From an uncultured Planctomycetales bacterium (GTDB taxonomy: Bacteria; Planctomycetota; Phycisphaerae; UBA1845; PWPN01): a DNA stretch of 64,000 nucleotides. How positions within the stretch are numbered: position 1 is the first letter of the stretch; every line of letters begins with the position of its first letter. Both the position numbers and the translations under genes were made by a program. Positions 1-9,518 of this stretch are shown here, one piece after another. Under the pieces are notes generated by a model. It was not told the origin of the DNA and did not search any database. It saw only the letters and a list, made by a program, of their open reading frames with translations. The DNA lies in assembly GCA_964618455.1 (NCBI GenBank), contig CAZUAQ010000019.1, positions 8,690 through 72,689 of the forward strand, written 5' to 3'.

Positions 1-906
1 TTCGACAACGTCGAGAACGCGGCGCTGACAGGGCCGGGCTCCGTCGCAGGCACAATCGAGAAGAAGAATGGTAAGGAAGCCCCATTGGTCTTCGTCAGGA
101 ACAGTCGAGAGGTTCGAATCGCCGACCTTGTCCTGAAGGGAGAATTCTCCTCAGGGGTTATGGTTCAAGGAGGGCATTCCGTCGAACTGGCGCGGGTGAA
201 GGTCATCGGCACACGTGATGAGGGAAGCGCAATTCAACTTGTCGATACGAAAAACGTACGCGTTCATCGTTCATTCCTCATGGGACTGGTGGGCTGTGGT
301 TATCGAGTTACGCCTTTCGATCTCGTGGATGAGGATCGGGAAAGCGTTCAATCCAATATCAGGATGCAGGAGTGTGTAGTCATCGGCTCGATGACTTGCA
401 TCGCCTTTGGACAAGGTGTTGTCCGAGATCTGTGGATGAGAGATTTGGATCTGAGTTCCAGGGCGGTGGGCGTCCTGCTGCTTAAGGTTGGTGGCGGTAC
501 GATCGAACAACTGGTGTTTCGTGATTCCACGATTCATTTTGAGGAGCCGAATCCAAAGTTCCCAGGATCGCCGTTTGGGATCATCGCCGAGGGTCTTGGA
601 GGGCGCGTCAAGGACATTCTGTTCGATCGTGTCGTTGCCGATAGTTACGCCCCCTCGTGGATTACAGTAGAGAGCGGCCCTCCGCTTGAGGACATCAAGT
701 TCTGGGGCGTGGAGATTGCGGCCGATTCCGGTCAGGACGTCCTCTTTAATTTAAAGAACGTGCGCGACCCACAATTCCGCTTTCTGTACTACGACTGGCC
801 CGGGCATCCGACCGAGGGGATCGATCATCTCTTCAAGCTGGAAAACGTTGAGAACATGAAAGCGCCGCCGGAGGAGATCTTCGCGACGCATGAATCCAGA
901 CCGTAG
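1..906 (+). CDS. 5'-truncated right-handed beta-helix protein (pectin lyase fold, GH28-like)
   Basis: Frame 1 is open from base 1 (FDNVENAALTGPGSVAG..., resembling the GH28 F.nveNv.ItG.GtidG segment) to the stop at 906, with repeated beta-helix-like strands. The ORF track start at 85 is internal. Confidence 0.55.
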   Translation, partial: FDNVENAALTGPGSVAGTIEKKNGKEAPLVFVRNSREVRIADLVLKGEFSSGVMVQGGHSVELARVKVIGTRDEGSAIQLVDTKNVRVHRSFLMGLVGCGYRVTPFDLVDEDRESVQSNIRMQECVVIGSMTCIAFGQGVVRDLWMRDLDLSSRAVGVLLLKVGGGTIEQLVFRDSTIHFEEPNPKFPGSPFGIIAEGLGGRVKDILFDRVVADSYAPSWITVESGPPLEDIKFWGVEIAADSGQDVLFNLKNVRDPQFRFLYYDWPGHPTEGIDHLFKLENVENMKAPPEEIFATHESRP

Positions 907-938
907 CCGGCTTCATCCGCCAGTATGGAAGCATTCGC

Positions 939-2060
939 TCACCTGGGGTGTTTCATCCATACATACTTGCCGCGGGCAACATCGCACTTGCGCTCGATCT
1001 TGATCGTCAGCGGCGGGCTGAGTTCGCCCTTGGGGGGAACCTGGCGAACTTCAAGTTCCAGGTTGCGCATCGAAGTCGAGGCCATAGCGCCGGAGGCGGG
1101 AACGAGTTCCAGATTCGCCGCGACTTCGGCGGCGATGACCTCCGTTTTCAGTGAGGGTTCCCGCCCGGGCAGGATGGGGTCGGCCGGGCGAACCGCTGAC
1201 TTCATTACGAGATGGACGAGTTCCGCGCCATCGTGATCCGCGCGAACTCGAGAAACGGTGTTCGTCGTCTCAGCCTTCAACCGCGCCACCACCGGAACGG
1301 TCAGAATCGATGCGCTCTTCCAGGTATCGTTCTGGGCGACCGTCTCGGATGTGAGTGGAGGAAACAGCACTTCCGCCAGCAGATCCCGCATGGCATGGTC
1401 CCGGAACATCCATTGGACCTGCAGCAATGCCGGCGGCGCCATCAGCATGCCCGCCTTCCGCCAGCGCGCGTTCAGCCCCGAGACGTCGAGCAACTCACCC
1501 GAAGGGCTCAGCCGCAACTGGAGTTCCGCGCCGCGAACAACCTCCAGCAGTTTGCCGATCGGATTGTCATCTTTCTCGTTCGGCGCGCCGGACTGGAGAA
1601 TTCCGCCGGGGCGCGTGCCGTAGCGCATTTGAACGCGATCGAGTGTCATGCTTGCCAGAATGTCGCCCGCCTCGTTATCCCCGGTGCGACGGAGCTTGCC
1701 GGACAGATGCATTTCGAGCACATGCTTCGTGACCGTTCCGTCGTGGGTCGTCGTTTCGCGATCCTCGTGAACGCTGATGCGGTAGGGCTGCGGTTTCTCC
1801 CGCGGCAGCAGGGAGGTGTGCAGGTCGGAGACCGCCGGGGCTTCCTTCACCGCGAGGACGCTGCTTTGCTCGGTGGAGCGGAATGGCATCTCACCGGCGT
1901 GGGGAAAACTGCATGCACTCATGAAAAGGGCGGTCATCGCCATGCAGCTGGTCAACCGTTTCCGGCCTGGCAACTTACGTTCGTATCGTTCACGAAATAA
2001 GTAACGCAACATCCCGTCAGCCCTCTGCGAGTTTGAACGTGATTCCGCCATGGAAGCCAA
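939..2060 (-). CDS. Putative lipoprotein, DUF6263-like
   Basis: Lipobox-like LFMSAC after a basic stretch and a ...LFPP....V..NDTW motif typical of DUF6263-like proteins. True start is probably downstream of 2060. Confidence 0.5.
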   Translation of the reverse strand: MASMAESRSNSQRADGMLRYLFRERYERKLPGRKRLTSCMAMTALFMSACSFPHAGEMPFRSTEQSSVLAVKEAPAVSDLHTSLLPREKPQPYRISVHEDRETTTHDGTVTKHVLEMHLSGKLRRTGDNEAGDILASMTLDRVQMRYGTRPGGILQSGAPNEKDDNPIGKLLEVVRGAELQLRLSPSGELLDVSGLNARWRKAGMLMAPPALLQVQWMFRDHAMRDLLAEVLFPPLTSETVAQNDTWKSASILTVPVVARLKAETTNTVSRVRADHDGAELVHLVMKSAVRPADPILPGREPSLKTEVIAAEVAANLELVPASGAMASTSMRNLELEVRQVPPKGELSPPLTIKIERKCDVARGKYVWMKHPR

Positions 2061-2150
2061 TTCTCACCTCAACCATCCATCGTAGGGAGAATCGGGCGAT
2101 TTACAACACGCGTTGCAATCGGTGGGGGGGTGGAGTAGCTTTCGCGAACG

Positions 2151-2987
2151 ATGTCCCAGGAAATGGCAGGACCAATCACCGAGGCTTCGCTGCTGGAGGG
2201 ATGGATGCCCGCGCGCGTCGGAAGGCGCATGGAACTTCTCGATGCGGCGGCGAGCACGAACCAGGTTGCCCTCGCGCGCGCCATGGAGCCGGATGCCGAT
2301 GGGCTCGCCATTCTGGCGGAACAGCAGTCTGCCGGACGGGGCCGTCTCGGTCGTTCCTGGAGCTCCCCGCGCGGGGCGAGCGTCCTGTGCAGCGTGTTGC
2401 TGATCGATGACGCGACAGATGTCGAAATCCAGTCCCTGGGCGGGAGGCTGACGCTGGCGGCGGCGGTCGGGGCGTGCGAGGCGATCCGCCGGGCTGTGCA
2501 GGTTGCCCCGACGATCAAGTGGCCGAACGATCTCCTCGCCCGTGGCCGTAAGCTCGCGGGTATTCTCGTCGAATCACGACGACTTCAGGAGAATCGATTC
2601 GCCTGGGTCGTAGGTATCGGGATCAACTGCCTGCAGCATGAAGGCCACTTCCCGGCCGAACTTCGCGATCGCGCCGTCTCGCTCGACATGCTCTGCGACC
2701 AGCCCATCGAGCGCGCCGTCGTGGCGCGCGAACTGCTGAAGCACTGGGATGCCGCCTTTGCTCCGGAAGCGCTGACCGATGGAGCGCGCATCCGGGATAC
2801 GTGGACGCATTGGGCCGAACCGCTCGGAACGCGCGTCCATTTGAGGTGCGACGGTCGCGTGGTTCGCGGGCGCACCATGGACGTGGATCCCGTGGGAGGG
2901 TTGATCGTCCAGACCGATACCGGTGGGCGCGAGTGGCTGGACCCGCTTCGTGCGACGGTGGTGGAAACGGCTCATGAAACGTCGTGA
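2151..2987 (+). CDS. birA: Biotin--[acetyl-CoA-carboxylase] ligase (no HTH domain)
   Basis: STN, AEQQSAGRGRLGRSW, KWPND, KLAGIL and GIGIN motifs. Confidence 0.93.
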   Translation: MSQEMAGPITEASLLEGWMPARVGRRMELLDAAASTNQVALARAMEPDADGLAILAEQQSAGRGRLGRSWSSPRGASVLCSVLLIDDATDVEIQSLGGRLTLAAAVGACEAIRRAVQVAPTIKWPNDLLARGRKLAGILVESRRLQENRFAWVVGIGINCLQHEGHFPAELRDRAVSLDMLCDQPIERAVVARELLKHWDAAFAPEALTDGARIRDTWTHWAEPLGTRVHLRCDGRVVRGRTMDVDPVGGLIVQTDTGGREWLDPLRATVVETAHETS

Positions 2988-5337
2988 TGACCCGGATGAG
3001 GCGACGCCCTTCTTCCCGTCGTTATTCACGGATGACGAGGAAGGGGATTCCGCGTCCACCGACGCGGCGCACGATTCCTCTGAAGGCGCTCCCCACGCAC
3101 CGTATGACGCTCCGCCGACCGTCGAGGAACTCGAAGAGGTGACGCGCTCCGGCGGGGAAGCGAAAGCGATGCGGAGCCTGCTTCGCGTGACCCGACGCGG
3201 CACCTACGTGCTGAAAGTACAACCGCTGGCATTGCTGATCGGTCTCTCCGCCGGCTGGCTGTTCATGGGGCTGCTGGGCCTCGTGGAATCCCGCTTCGAT
3301 CTCATGCCATCGGCGCACGCGGTGATCGGCGTGATCGTTTTGTTCGCCTGCGCGCTCGGTCCGCGACTTCCCGAGCGTCTTGTGATGCGACTCGCCGCCC
3401 TCTTGGCACGCCGAAATCGAAACACGCTCGATCGTCTGCGAAGCTCGGAGCTGACGTTCTGGATGCTTCAGTCCGGACGGGAGCGCGACGAGTCACTCCT
3501 TTGGATCCTGCTCTCCACGCTGGCCACGCTGACGGGCCTCTCCGCCCTCATTAGTTATTTTCTTCTCGATCCGGTGGGCGACTTCTACGACATGATGCTC
3601 CGGAATTTCTTCTGGACCAATCTGACGCTGACGGTCCTGGAATGGGCGTTACTCTTCCTTGTGGCGGCGTTGCCGTGGTTGTTCATGGGCCTGGTGTCGA
3701 CAACACTCGCCCCGCTGGTCGGGGGGCGCGTCGCCGAGCAGCGTCTGCCTCCGGGCATCGCCGCCGCCGTGATCCTCGGGTTGGGGCTGAGCTGGCTTGT
3801 GCATCTCCTGTGGGTGCGCGTGGGTTGGTCGGCTCATCAGGAATACATGCTCGGCGTGCTGCCGCTTTTCCTGCTGGCGGCTCTGGCGGCGCGCTATTCC
3901 CAGCAGACCGAGGGGCCGACGCTTCGCTCCGAGTTGCTCGACATGGATACGCCCATTCTCCACGCCCAGGGCATGGCCATGATCTGGTTGTGTCTCGTGA
4001 TCTGGGGCGTCGCCGCCGCGCTGGTCGGCTCGGGCTGGGTAGTCACCCAACGGATCAGCGATCCAAGCTGGCCTCCGGACGATCACGGGCTGAGCAAGTT
4101 CGTGCTGATTCTTGGCATGGGGCTGGCGGCGGCCTCCTGGCGGGCATGGCAGAAATCATCACGCAGTCGCCGGACCTCGGGATGCGGCATGGCGGCCTGG
4201 GCGGCTGGCGTGGGCGTGTCCGTCGCCTTCTGCCTCATGGCGTACCATCCGCATGAACGATGGGTTCATCAGGTGGCGGTCGTGCTCATCGCGCTCCCGG
4301 TGGGCTATGCACTGCATTACGTCGAGGGCGCCTGGCTGGCGCGGGCGGGAAGCGGCACGCTCGGATTCTCGCAGATGTCGACGGCTCTACTGGGCGGCGC
4401 GGGCCTCGGGTTGCTCTTGGCCCATTGGGTCACCCTGCCGAACCTGGGCCCTCTCGGCAGCATCAGCGCTGCCGGATTGCTCTTGATGGCTTTTGGCGGC
4501 CTGACGCAGATTTACGAGCAGGAACGCTCGTGGCGGACGCGACACCAGCGACTCGCCCTGATCTTCGCCTCCCTGTCCGCCGCCATCGTGCTCTTTCCCG
4601 AGGGCGTGAGGCTCTGGTCACGCTGGGAACAACGCAGCGAACCGCAGTCGCTGCAGGGACCCCATCCCATCTGGCTCGGGGAGCACGAAACCCGGCATGT
4701 CCGCCACATCTGCCTCATCGGGTGGGGCAGCAACCAGCCACCGGAGCAGTGGGCACGCCCTCCCTACAAGGTCACGATGGTCTCGCAGGGGTCGGCGATT
4801 CCTGCGCGGGCGACAAGTTCAGGGGGGCGCTTCGCGTTCGTCACCACACCGCCGATGCGCACGCTACGCATCGAGCGCAGACAATATGATCTCATCTACC
4901 AGATTCTCGATTCCGATTCGCACCGCGCGTCCAAGGGGCTCTCCTTTGAATGGTGGTCGCGCGTGAGCACGTATGTGGGCAGCGGAGGATCGCTGATCGT
5001 CGAGGTACCGCTCGAAAGATGGAATCCCGAGGCCATTCGTGTCATCGCCGCGACGTTCATGTCGGCCACGCGGGCCGAGTGTTCGGGCAAGATCGTACCG
5101 ATGAGAGATGGACTCGCTTTGCGGATGGTTGCCCGTTTTCATGATGCCGCGCCGCGGGATGATGAATTTGCCCTGCAGCGATTCTTCCCGGCCGGTGCGC
5201 CGGCGCCCGTTCACTCCATCAGTCGCAACCGGCTGACGCCGGCCCTTCTCCAGAGTTCGACAGGGATGGGACTCGAAATGATCCTGGAACAATTCCCTTT
5301 CCTGATGCCCGACAGTGGCCCGGAAACGGGATCATGA
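2974..5337 (+). CDS. Polytopic membrane protein with C-terminal degenerate spermidine-synthase/methyltransferase-like domain
   Basis: More than 12 hydrophobic segments followed by a soluble domain with ICLIGWG and YDLIYQI. ATG at 2974 overlaps the birA end. Confidence 0.55.
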   Translation: MKRRDDPDEATPFFPSLFTDDEEGDSASTDAAHDSSEGAPHAPYDAPPTVEELEEVTRSGGEAKAMRSLLRVTRRGTYVLKVQPLALLIGLSAGWLFMGLLGLVESRFDLMPSAHAVIGVIVLFACALGPRLPERLVMRLAALLARRNRNTLDRLRSSELTFWMLQSGRERDESLLWILLSTLATLTGLSALISYFLLDPVGDFYDMMLRNFFWTNLTLTVLEWALLFLVAALPWLFMGLVSTTLAPLVGGRVAEQRLPPGIAAAVILGLGLSWLVHLLWVRVGWSAHQEYMLGVLPLFLLAALAARYSQQTEGPTLRSELLDMDTPILHAQGMAMIWLCLVIWGVAAALVGSGWVVTQRISDPSWPPDDHGLSKFVLILGMGLAAASWRAWQKSSRSRRTSGCGMAAWAAGVGVSVAFCLMAYHPHERWVHQVAVVLIALPVGYALHYVEGAWLARAGSGTLGFSQMSTALLGGAGLGLLLAHWVTLPNLGPLGSISAAGLLLMAFGGLTQIYEQERSWRTRHQRLALIFASLSAAIVLFPEGVRLWSRWEQRSEPQSLQGPHPIWLGEHETRHVRHICLIGWGSNQPPEQWARPPYKVTMVSQGSAIPARATSSGGRFAFVTTPPMRTLRIERRQYDLIYQILDSDSHRASKGLSFEWWSRVSTYVGSGGSLIVEVPLERWNPEAIRVIAATFMSATRAECSGKIVPMRDGLALRMVARFHDAAPRDDEFALQRFFPAGAPAPVHSISRNRLTPALLQSSTGMGLEMILEQFPFLMPDSGPETGS

Positions 5338-5464
5338 GCACCATCGTTTTCTGGCAGGGGGTACGTCAAGTCGCGAAGGGCCGTGACCGATAGTACGGGT
5401 GTGACCGAAATCGCCCTGTCCCGGCTCGCGCCCCACGCGATCGTGGTTTCCCGGAGTCAGACGC

Positions 5465-5896
5465 ATGGATCGCCGTTCAGCTTTCACTCTCATTGAGGTG
5501 CTGATCGTCGTTCTCGTGATCGGAATTCTGGCTGCCATCGTCGTTCCCCAGTTCTCCGACGCCAGCACGGACGCGAAACTCAGTACACTGAAAACCAACC
5601 TCCAGACGATTCGCGGGCAGATTCACTTGTACAAGATGCAGCACGATGGAAGTTATCCAACCTCCGTTGGCACATTTGTCAACCAGATGACTCTCGCCAG
5701 CAAGCCGGATGGCTCCACGGCGGCCATCGGCACGTCGGGATTCGATCTCGGTCCGTACCTCCAGTCCGTGCCCGATAATCCGTACACGGGCTCGAACAGC
5801 GTCGGCTCCGGATCCCTCGGTTCGAGCGACTGGTACTACAACGCGAGCACGGGTGAATTCCGCGCGAACGACTCGGTCACCAACGCCGCCTACTGA
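5465..5896 (+). CDS. Type IV pilin / GspG-like pseudopilin
   Basis: Class III signal MDRRSA/FTLIEVLIVVLVIGILAAIVVPQF with E5. Confidence 0.9.
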   Translation: MDRRSAFTLIEVLIVVLVIGILAAIVVPQFSDASTDAKLSTLKTNLQTIRGQIHLYKMQHDGSYPTSVGTFVNQMTLASKPDGSTAAIGTSGFDLGPYLQSVPDNPYTGSNSVGSGSLGSSDWYYNASTGEFRANDSVTNAAY

Positions 5897-5971
5897 CAAG
5901 CACGAGACTATCGGACGTATCGCTTCCGGAGCAAACGAATTTGCCCGTGCGAATCGATTCGACACGTATAC

Positions 5972-6020
5972 GGGTTCGGCAGACCGCTGGGGGGACGGCC
6001 TGCCGAACCCCATTCCTTTC
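5972..6020 (+). terminator. Stem-loop (probable partial terminator or stabiliser) after the pilin gene
   Basis: 11-bp stem GGGTTCGGCAG (5972-5982) / CTGCCGAACCC (6000-6010) followed by ATTCCTTTCC. Confidence 0.55.
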
Positions 6021-6116
6021 CTGAAGTTATTCACTCGCCCTTTCAAAGCTCCGATACATCTGACGAGAGTGTTATCACACGTAGCGCCGAGGTTATCGAG
6101 CCGTGGAGGTCCGCGG

Positions 6117-6461
6117 ATGAAGGAATCCCTGAATACACGCTGGTTGAGGTGGAGTCTCTCTGCCATCGCATTGATGTTGGCGGTGATCGCCGTGCAACTC
6201 TCAGTACTCGTGGGAAGCGGGATACCGACGGCGGCCGCCCAGGATGTCGAACGCAAGCCGTTTCTCGACACCACCCGCCAGCGCCTCGACCTGCTGAACG
6301 AGCAGCGGGCGACCACGGCGGAACTCAAGCGCATCCTGCAGCAGCTCCAGAGCGGCAAGACGAAGGTGCAGGTTGTCGAGGACTCTCGTGAGAAGCGACC
6401 GGCCGACTCGCGGCGTCAGACCGATCGCCGCAGAACTGCGGAGCCGGGCAAGGCGGAATGA
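6117..6461 (+). CDS. Small single-TM coiled-coil hypothetical protein
   Basis: GGAGGT RBS before ATG 6117, N-terminal TM (WSLSAIALMLAVIAVQLSVLVG), then a heptad-like helix. Confidence 0.65.
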   Translation: MKESLNTRWLRWSLSAIALMLAVIAVQLSVLVGSGIPTAAAQDVERKPFLDTTRQRLDLLNEQRATTAELKRILQQLQSGKTKVQVVEDSREKRPADSRRQTDRRRTAEPGKAE

Positions 6462-6500
6462 ATCGAACAGCGGGCGGGCAAGACCTGCCGCTCGAGTGGA

Positions 6501-7658
6501 GTGAATGAGATCGTGAATCATCGATGGCTATGGATACAGCGCAGCATCCGGCCCATCGTCCTGGACCTGGGACATGCGTCCGTGCGCGCGCTGCAGTTCA
6601 CACGGGAGGAGAAGAAAGCCCAGATACTTCGACGTGACGAACGTCGCCTTTCGATTGAACCTGGAGCGGAGTCCACGCTGAGAAGCGAGCGTCTGGAAGC
6701 CGTGCGAAGCCTGATGGAAGAGGGGGGCTTCTCGGGTCGGCAGGTGATCGTCGTTCACCCCTGGGACAGCCTCTACGTCAGGAACATGCGTATCCCCTGT
6801 GTGGCCCGGGAGGACAGAGAGGATGTCGCCCGCTACGAAGCCTGCGAGCGATTCGGTCTGGAGACGGAGCAGGCCGAGATCCGCCATCTCTCCGCCGGTG
6901 ATGTTCGTCAGGGCACGGACACGAAACATGAGATCATCGCGATGGGCGCCGCGCGCGACCGATTGACCGAGTTGCTGGCAGAACTCGATCGCCTGAAGCT
7001 CGATGTCGTCAGTATCGATCCGGGGCCGTGCGCCCTTTTCCGCAGTTTCGAGCGTTATCTCACGCGAACGGATGATACCCACACGATCACGACGCTCGTG
7101 GACCTCGGCTTTGCCGCGACACGGGTCCTGATCGCGCGCGGCGACGCACCTGTGTTCTTCAAGAGTATCGCCATCGGGTCGAGCGCGATGATGAGCGAGA
7201 TGAGCGGCGCGCTGGACGTGCCGATGGATACACTTGATCGTCTTCGGCGCAGGACCGCATCGTCACTGCATGGCAGCGAGGGCACTCCGGATCCCGATGA
7301 TGGGGGGAACGATGACAGTCGGGAACTGACGCCTCAGGGGCTGAGAGAGACGCTTCGCCCGACGGCCGAGCAACTCGCTCGCGAGATCGGTCTCTGCCTG
7401 CGCTACTGTTCGGTCACGTTCCGTGGCCTCCATCCCCAGGGCATTACGCTGATCGGTGGAGGGGCTTGCGATCCCATTCTGGTCGAGCTGTTGAAGGAAT
7501 ACATCGCACAGCCCGTCCATGTCGGTCAGTGCACGCGTGGCATCGACGTCGAAAAAGAGTGGATGAACCAGGACCGTCGTAACGGGCAGCCGGACTGGGC
7601 GACTGCCATCGGGGCGGGGTTGAAGGCCGTGCGTCGCCTGGAAGAGAGGGTGGCATGA
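6501..7658 (+). CDS. pilM: Type IV pilus assembly protein PilM (actin-like)
   Basis: IVLDLGHASVR, LVDLGFAATRV, LIGGGA and AIGAGL actin-fold motifs. Followed by pilN and pilO-like genes. Confidence 0.85.
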   Translation: MNEIVNHRWLWIQRSIRPIVLDLGHASVRALQFTREEKKAQILRRDERRLSIEPGAESTLRSERLEAVRSLMEEGGFSGRQVIVVHPWDSLYVRNMRIPCVAREDREDVARYEACERFGLETEQAEIRHLSAGDVRQGTDTKHEIIAMGAARDRLTELLAELDRLKLDVVSIDPGPCALFRSFERYLTRTDDTHTITTLVDLGFAATRVLIARGDAPVFFKSIAIGSSAMMSEMSGALDVPMDTLDRLRRRTASSLHGSEGTPDPDDGGNDDSRELTPQGLRETLRPTAEQLAREIGLCLRYCSVTFRGLHPQGITLIGGGACDPILVELLKEYIAQPVHVGQCTRGIDVEKEWMNQDRRNGQPDWATAIGAGLKAVRRLEERVA

Positions 7659-8314
7659 ACGAGATCGAACTGCTGCCCGACGTGTATCTTCGGCGCAAGT
7701 TGGCGCGCCGGCACAGCCGCCGAAACCTGATCTGGGCGCTGGCGGTCATGGCCTCCCTCGGCCTGCTGTATGCCGGGAACACCGTTCGTCTCGAAACGGC
7801 GAGCGCGGCCCTGCAGCAGTACGAAGAGGATCGTGTCTACTATCGGAATCAGAAGGCCTGTCTGCAGGACATGCACGCGCGACTGGCGAATCTGCAAGGC
7901 CGGCGCCGTCTTGTCGAAAGCCTGGACGACCACGCCCCGCTGGACCTGGTCTTTGCGGAATTGACACGCCATTTGAGCGACTCGATGTCGATCCGGACGC
8001 TCACTGTGGAGACGCTGGAATCGGAGCCGACGCCCACACCGGACGGAGGCGAATCCACCGGCGAATCGGAACAGGGGATCGGCTCGGCATCGAATCCGCG
8101 CCGGGAACGGGAAACGCGTATCGTTGTCACGGGGGCGGCACCGGGCTACGTCGAGATCGGAATCTATTACGGCACGCTGTCACATTCTCCCCTGTTCGCG
8201 TCCTCGGAGCTTCACGACATTGTCGAGATCGTCGAGAACCGTCGACGTGTACAGCGCTTCGAGATGTCGTTCGTGTTGAACGCCGTCAGCATCGTGGAAC
8301 AGGAGGGCCCGTGA
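7655..8314 (+). CDS. pilN: PilN domain protein
   Basis: MNEIELLP start (PilN INLLP-like), single TM, coiled coil, ATGA overlap with pilM. Confidence 0.8.
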   Translation: MNEIELLPDVYLRRKLARRHSRRNLIWALAVMASLGLLYAGNTVRLETASAALQQYEEDRVYYRNQKACLQDMHARLANLQGRRRLVESLDDHAPLDLVFAELTRHLSDSMSIRTLTVETLESEPTPTPDGGESTGESEQGIGSASNPRRERETRIVVTGAAPGYVEIGIYYGTLSHSPLFASSELHDIVEIVENRRRVQRFEMSFVLNAVSIVEQEGP

Positions 8315-8841
8315 ACGAGAATCGACGCATGCATCTCTGGACGGTCGCCCTCATGGTGGCGGCGGGCGTGTTTCTCGCAACGGTCTCGGTCCGTCAGTAC
8401 AGCCGGCTGCGCGAGTTGGAAGGCCAGCTTCGCCTGGCGAAGAGTGAAGCCCTGGATCGCGATCGGCTGGATCAGCAGATTCAGCAATTGAATGAGCAGA
8501 TTCTGTCGCTGCATCAGCGCATGAACCATGAGGGCGTCATCATTCCGGCCCGGTCCGAGTTGGGCCCGTTTCTGCAGGAAGTCGCCCATCTCATCGAGGA
8601 ACAGGGGCTGCGACCTCAGGAGGTTCAGCCCGAAGCCGTGACCACGCGCGCATCAATCCGAATCCAGCCCGTCACGTTTCGCGTGGAAGGAACCGGTTAT
8701 GCGATCTATGAACTTATCCGGGGCATCGAAGCGATGTCGCGCTTGACACGGTTTGAAAGTTTCAAGGCAGGCCCCGCCGCGGATGCACCGGGTTGGATCC
8801 AGGCGGAGATTCGAGTCAACCTCTTTTTCACGGAGTCCTGA
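8311..8841 (+). CDS. pilO: PilO/GspM-like protein
   Basis: N-terminal TM, coiled coil, ferredoxin-like C-terminus (VTFRVEGTGY...IEAMSRL), GTGA overlap with pilN. Confidence 0.75.
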   Translation: MNENRRMHLWTVALMVAAGVFLATVSVRQYSRLRELEGQLRLAKSEALDRDRLDQQIQQLNEQILSLHQRMNHEGVIIPARSELGPFLQEVAHLIEEQGLRPQEVQPEAVTTRASIRIQPVTFRVEGTGYAIYELIRGIEAMSRLTRFESFKAGPAADAPGWIQAEIRVNLFFTES

Positions 8842-8849
8842 AGAGATCG

Positions 8850-9443
8850 ATGTCGAACTCACGACCCCCCTGGTTGGTGGTGATCAAGGCCCACGTGGCC
8901 GCGCAGCCGAAGAAGTCGGCTGTGCTGGGTATCTTGTTCGTGGTCATGGTCGTGATCTACGCGCGCATGTTCGTGTTGAACGGTGGGCCGTCTGCGGCGG
9001 TGGCGGATACGCCTTCGAAGACGGAGCCACGATTGGCGGAAATGAATCCGACTGCGGAGAAAGCGCAAGAGCGAATCGAACTGGATCTCGAGCGATGGCC
9101 CGAGCTCCCGCGTGATCCGTTCATGCATGACGTGGCGCGCTACCCGATCGTCGAAGGCATGCCCGACGAGGGCGAGGCGATCGCGGAGGAACACGATCCA
9201 CGCCAGCACGCAATCGAACGTGCCAGGAGGCTGCGGCTCAGCAGCATCATGTGGCAAGACGGTCAGGCCATCGCCCTGATCGGAGATCGGATCGTGAGTC
9301 AGGGTGATGAGATCGAAGGATTCATCGTGGAGAAAGTGGAGCCGACGCGTGTGCTTCTCGCACGGCGAGGTTTGCGGGTGGTATTGAAACTTCCCGCGAC
9401 GGCCGCAGCGCTGGGCATGCCGCGCGAGGATATGTCGAAGTGA
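8850..9443 (+). CDS. Single-TM periplasmic protein, PilP/GspC-like position
   Basis: TM followed by PRDPF and LSSIMW..GQAIALIGDRIV..GDEIEGF.VEKV, resembling the PilP/GspC HR beta-domain. Lies between pilO and the secretin. Confidence 0.6.
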   Translation: MSNSRPPWLVVIKAHVAAQPKKSAVLGILFVVMVVIYARMFVLNGGPSAAVADTPSKTEPRLAEMNPTAEKAQERIELDLERWPELPRDPFMHDVARYPIVEGMPDEGEAIAEEHDPRQHAIERARRLRLSSIMWQDGQAIALIGDRIVSQGDEIEGFIVEKVEPTRVLLARRGLRVVLKLPATAAALGMPREDMSK

Positions 9444-9518
9444 TGAGAGCCGGCCGCCGGGATCGCGCAGAGATCGGACTTGCAGCGTGATCCGCGCGGC
9501 CATGAAGGAGACAGGCTC

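Noticed and set aside
111-120. GGTTCGAATC tRNA T-loop-like string
   Set aside because: It lies inside a coding frame with no acceptor or anticodon stems.
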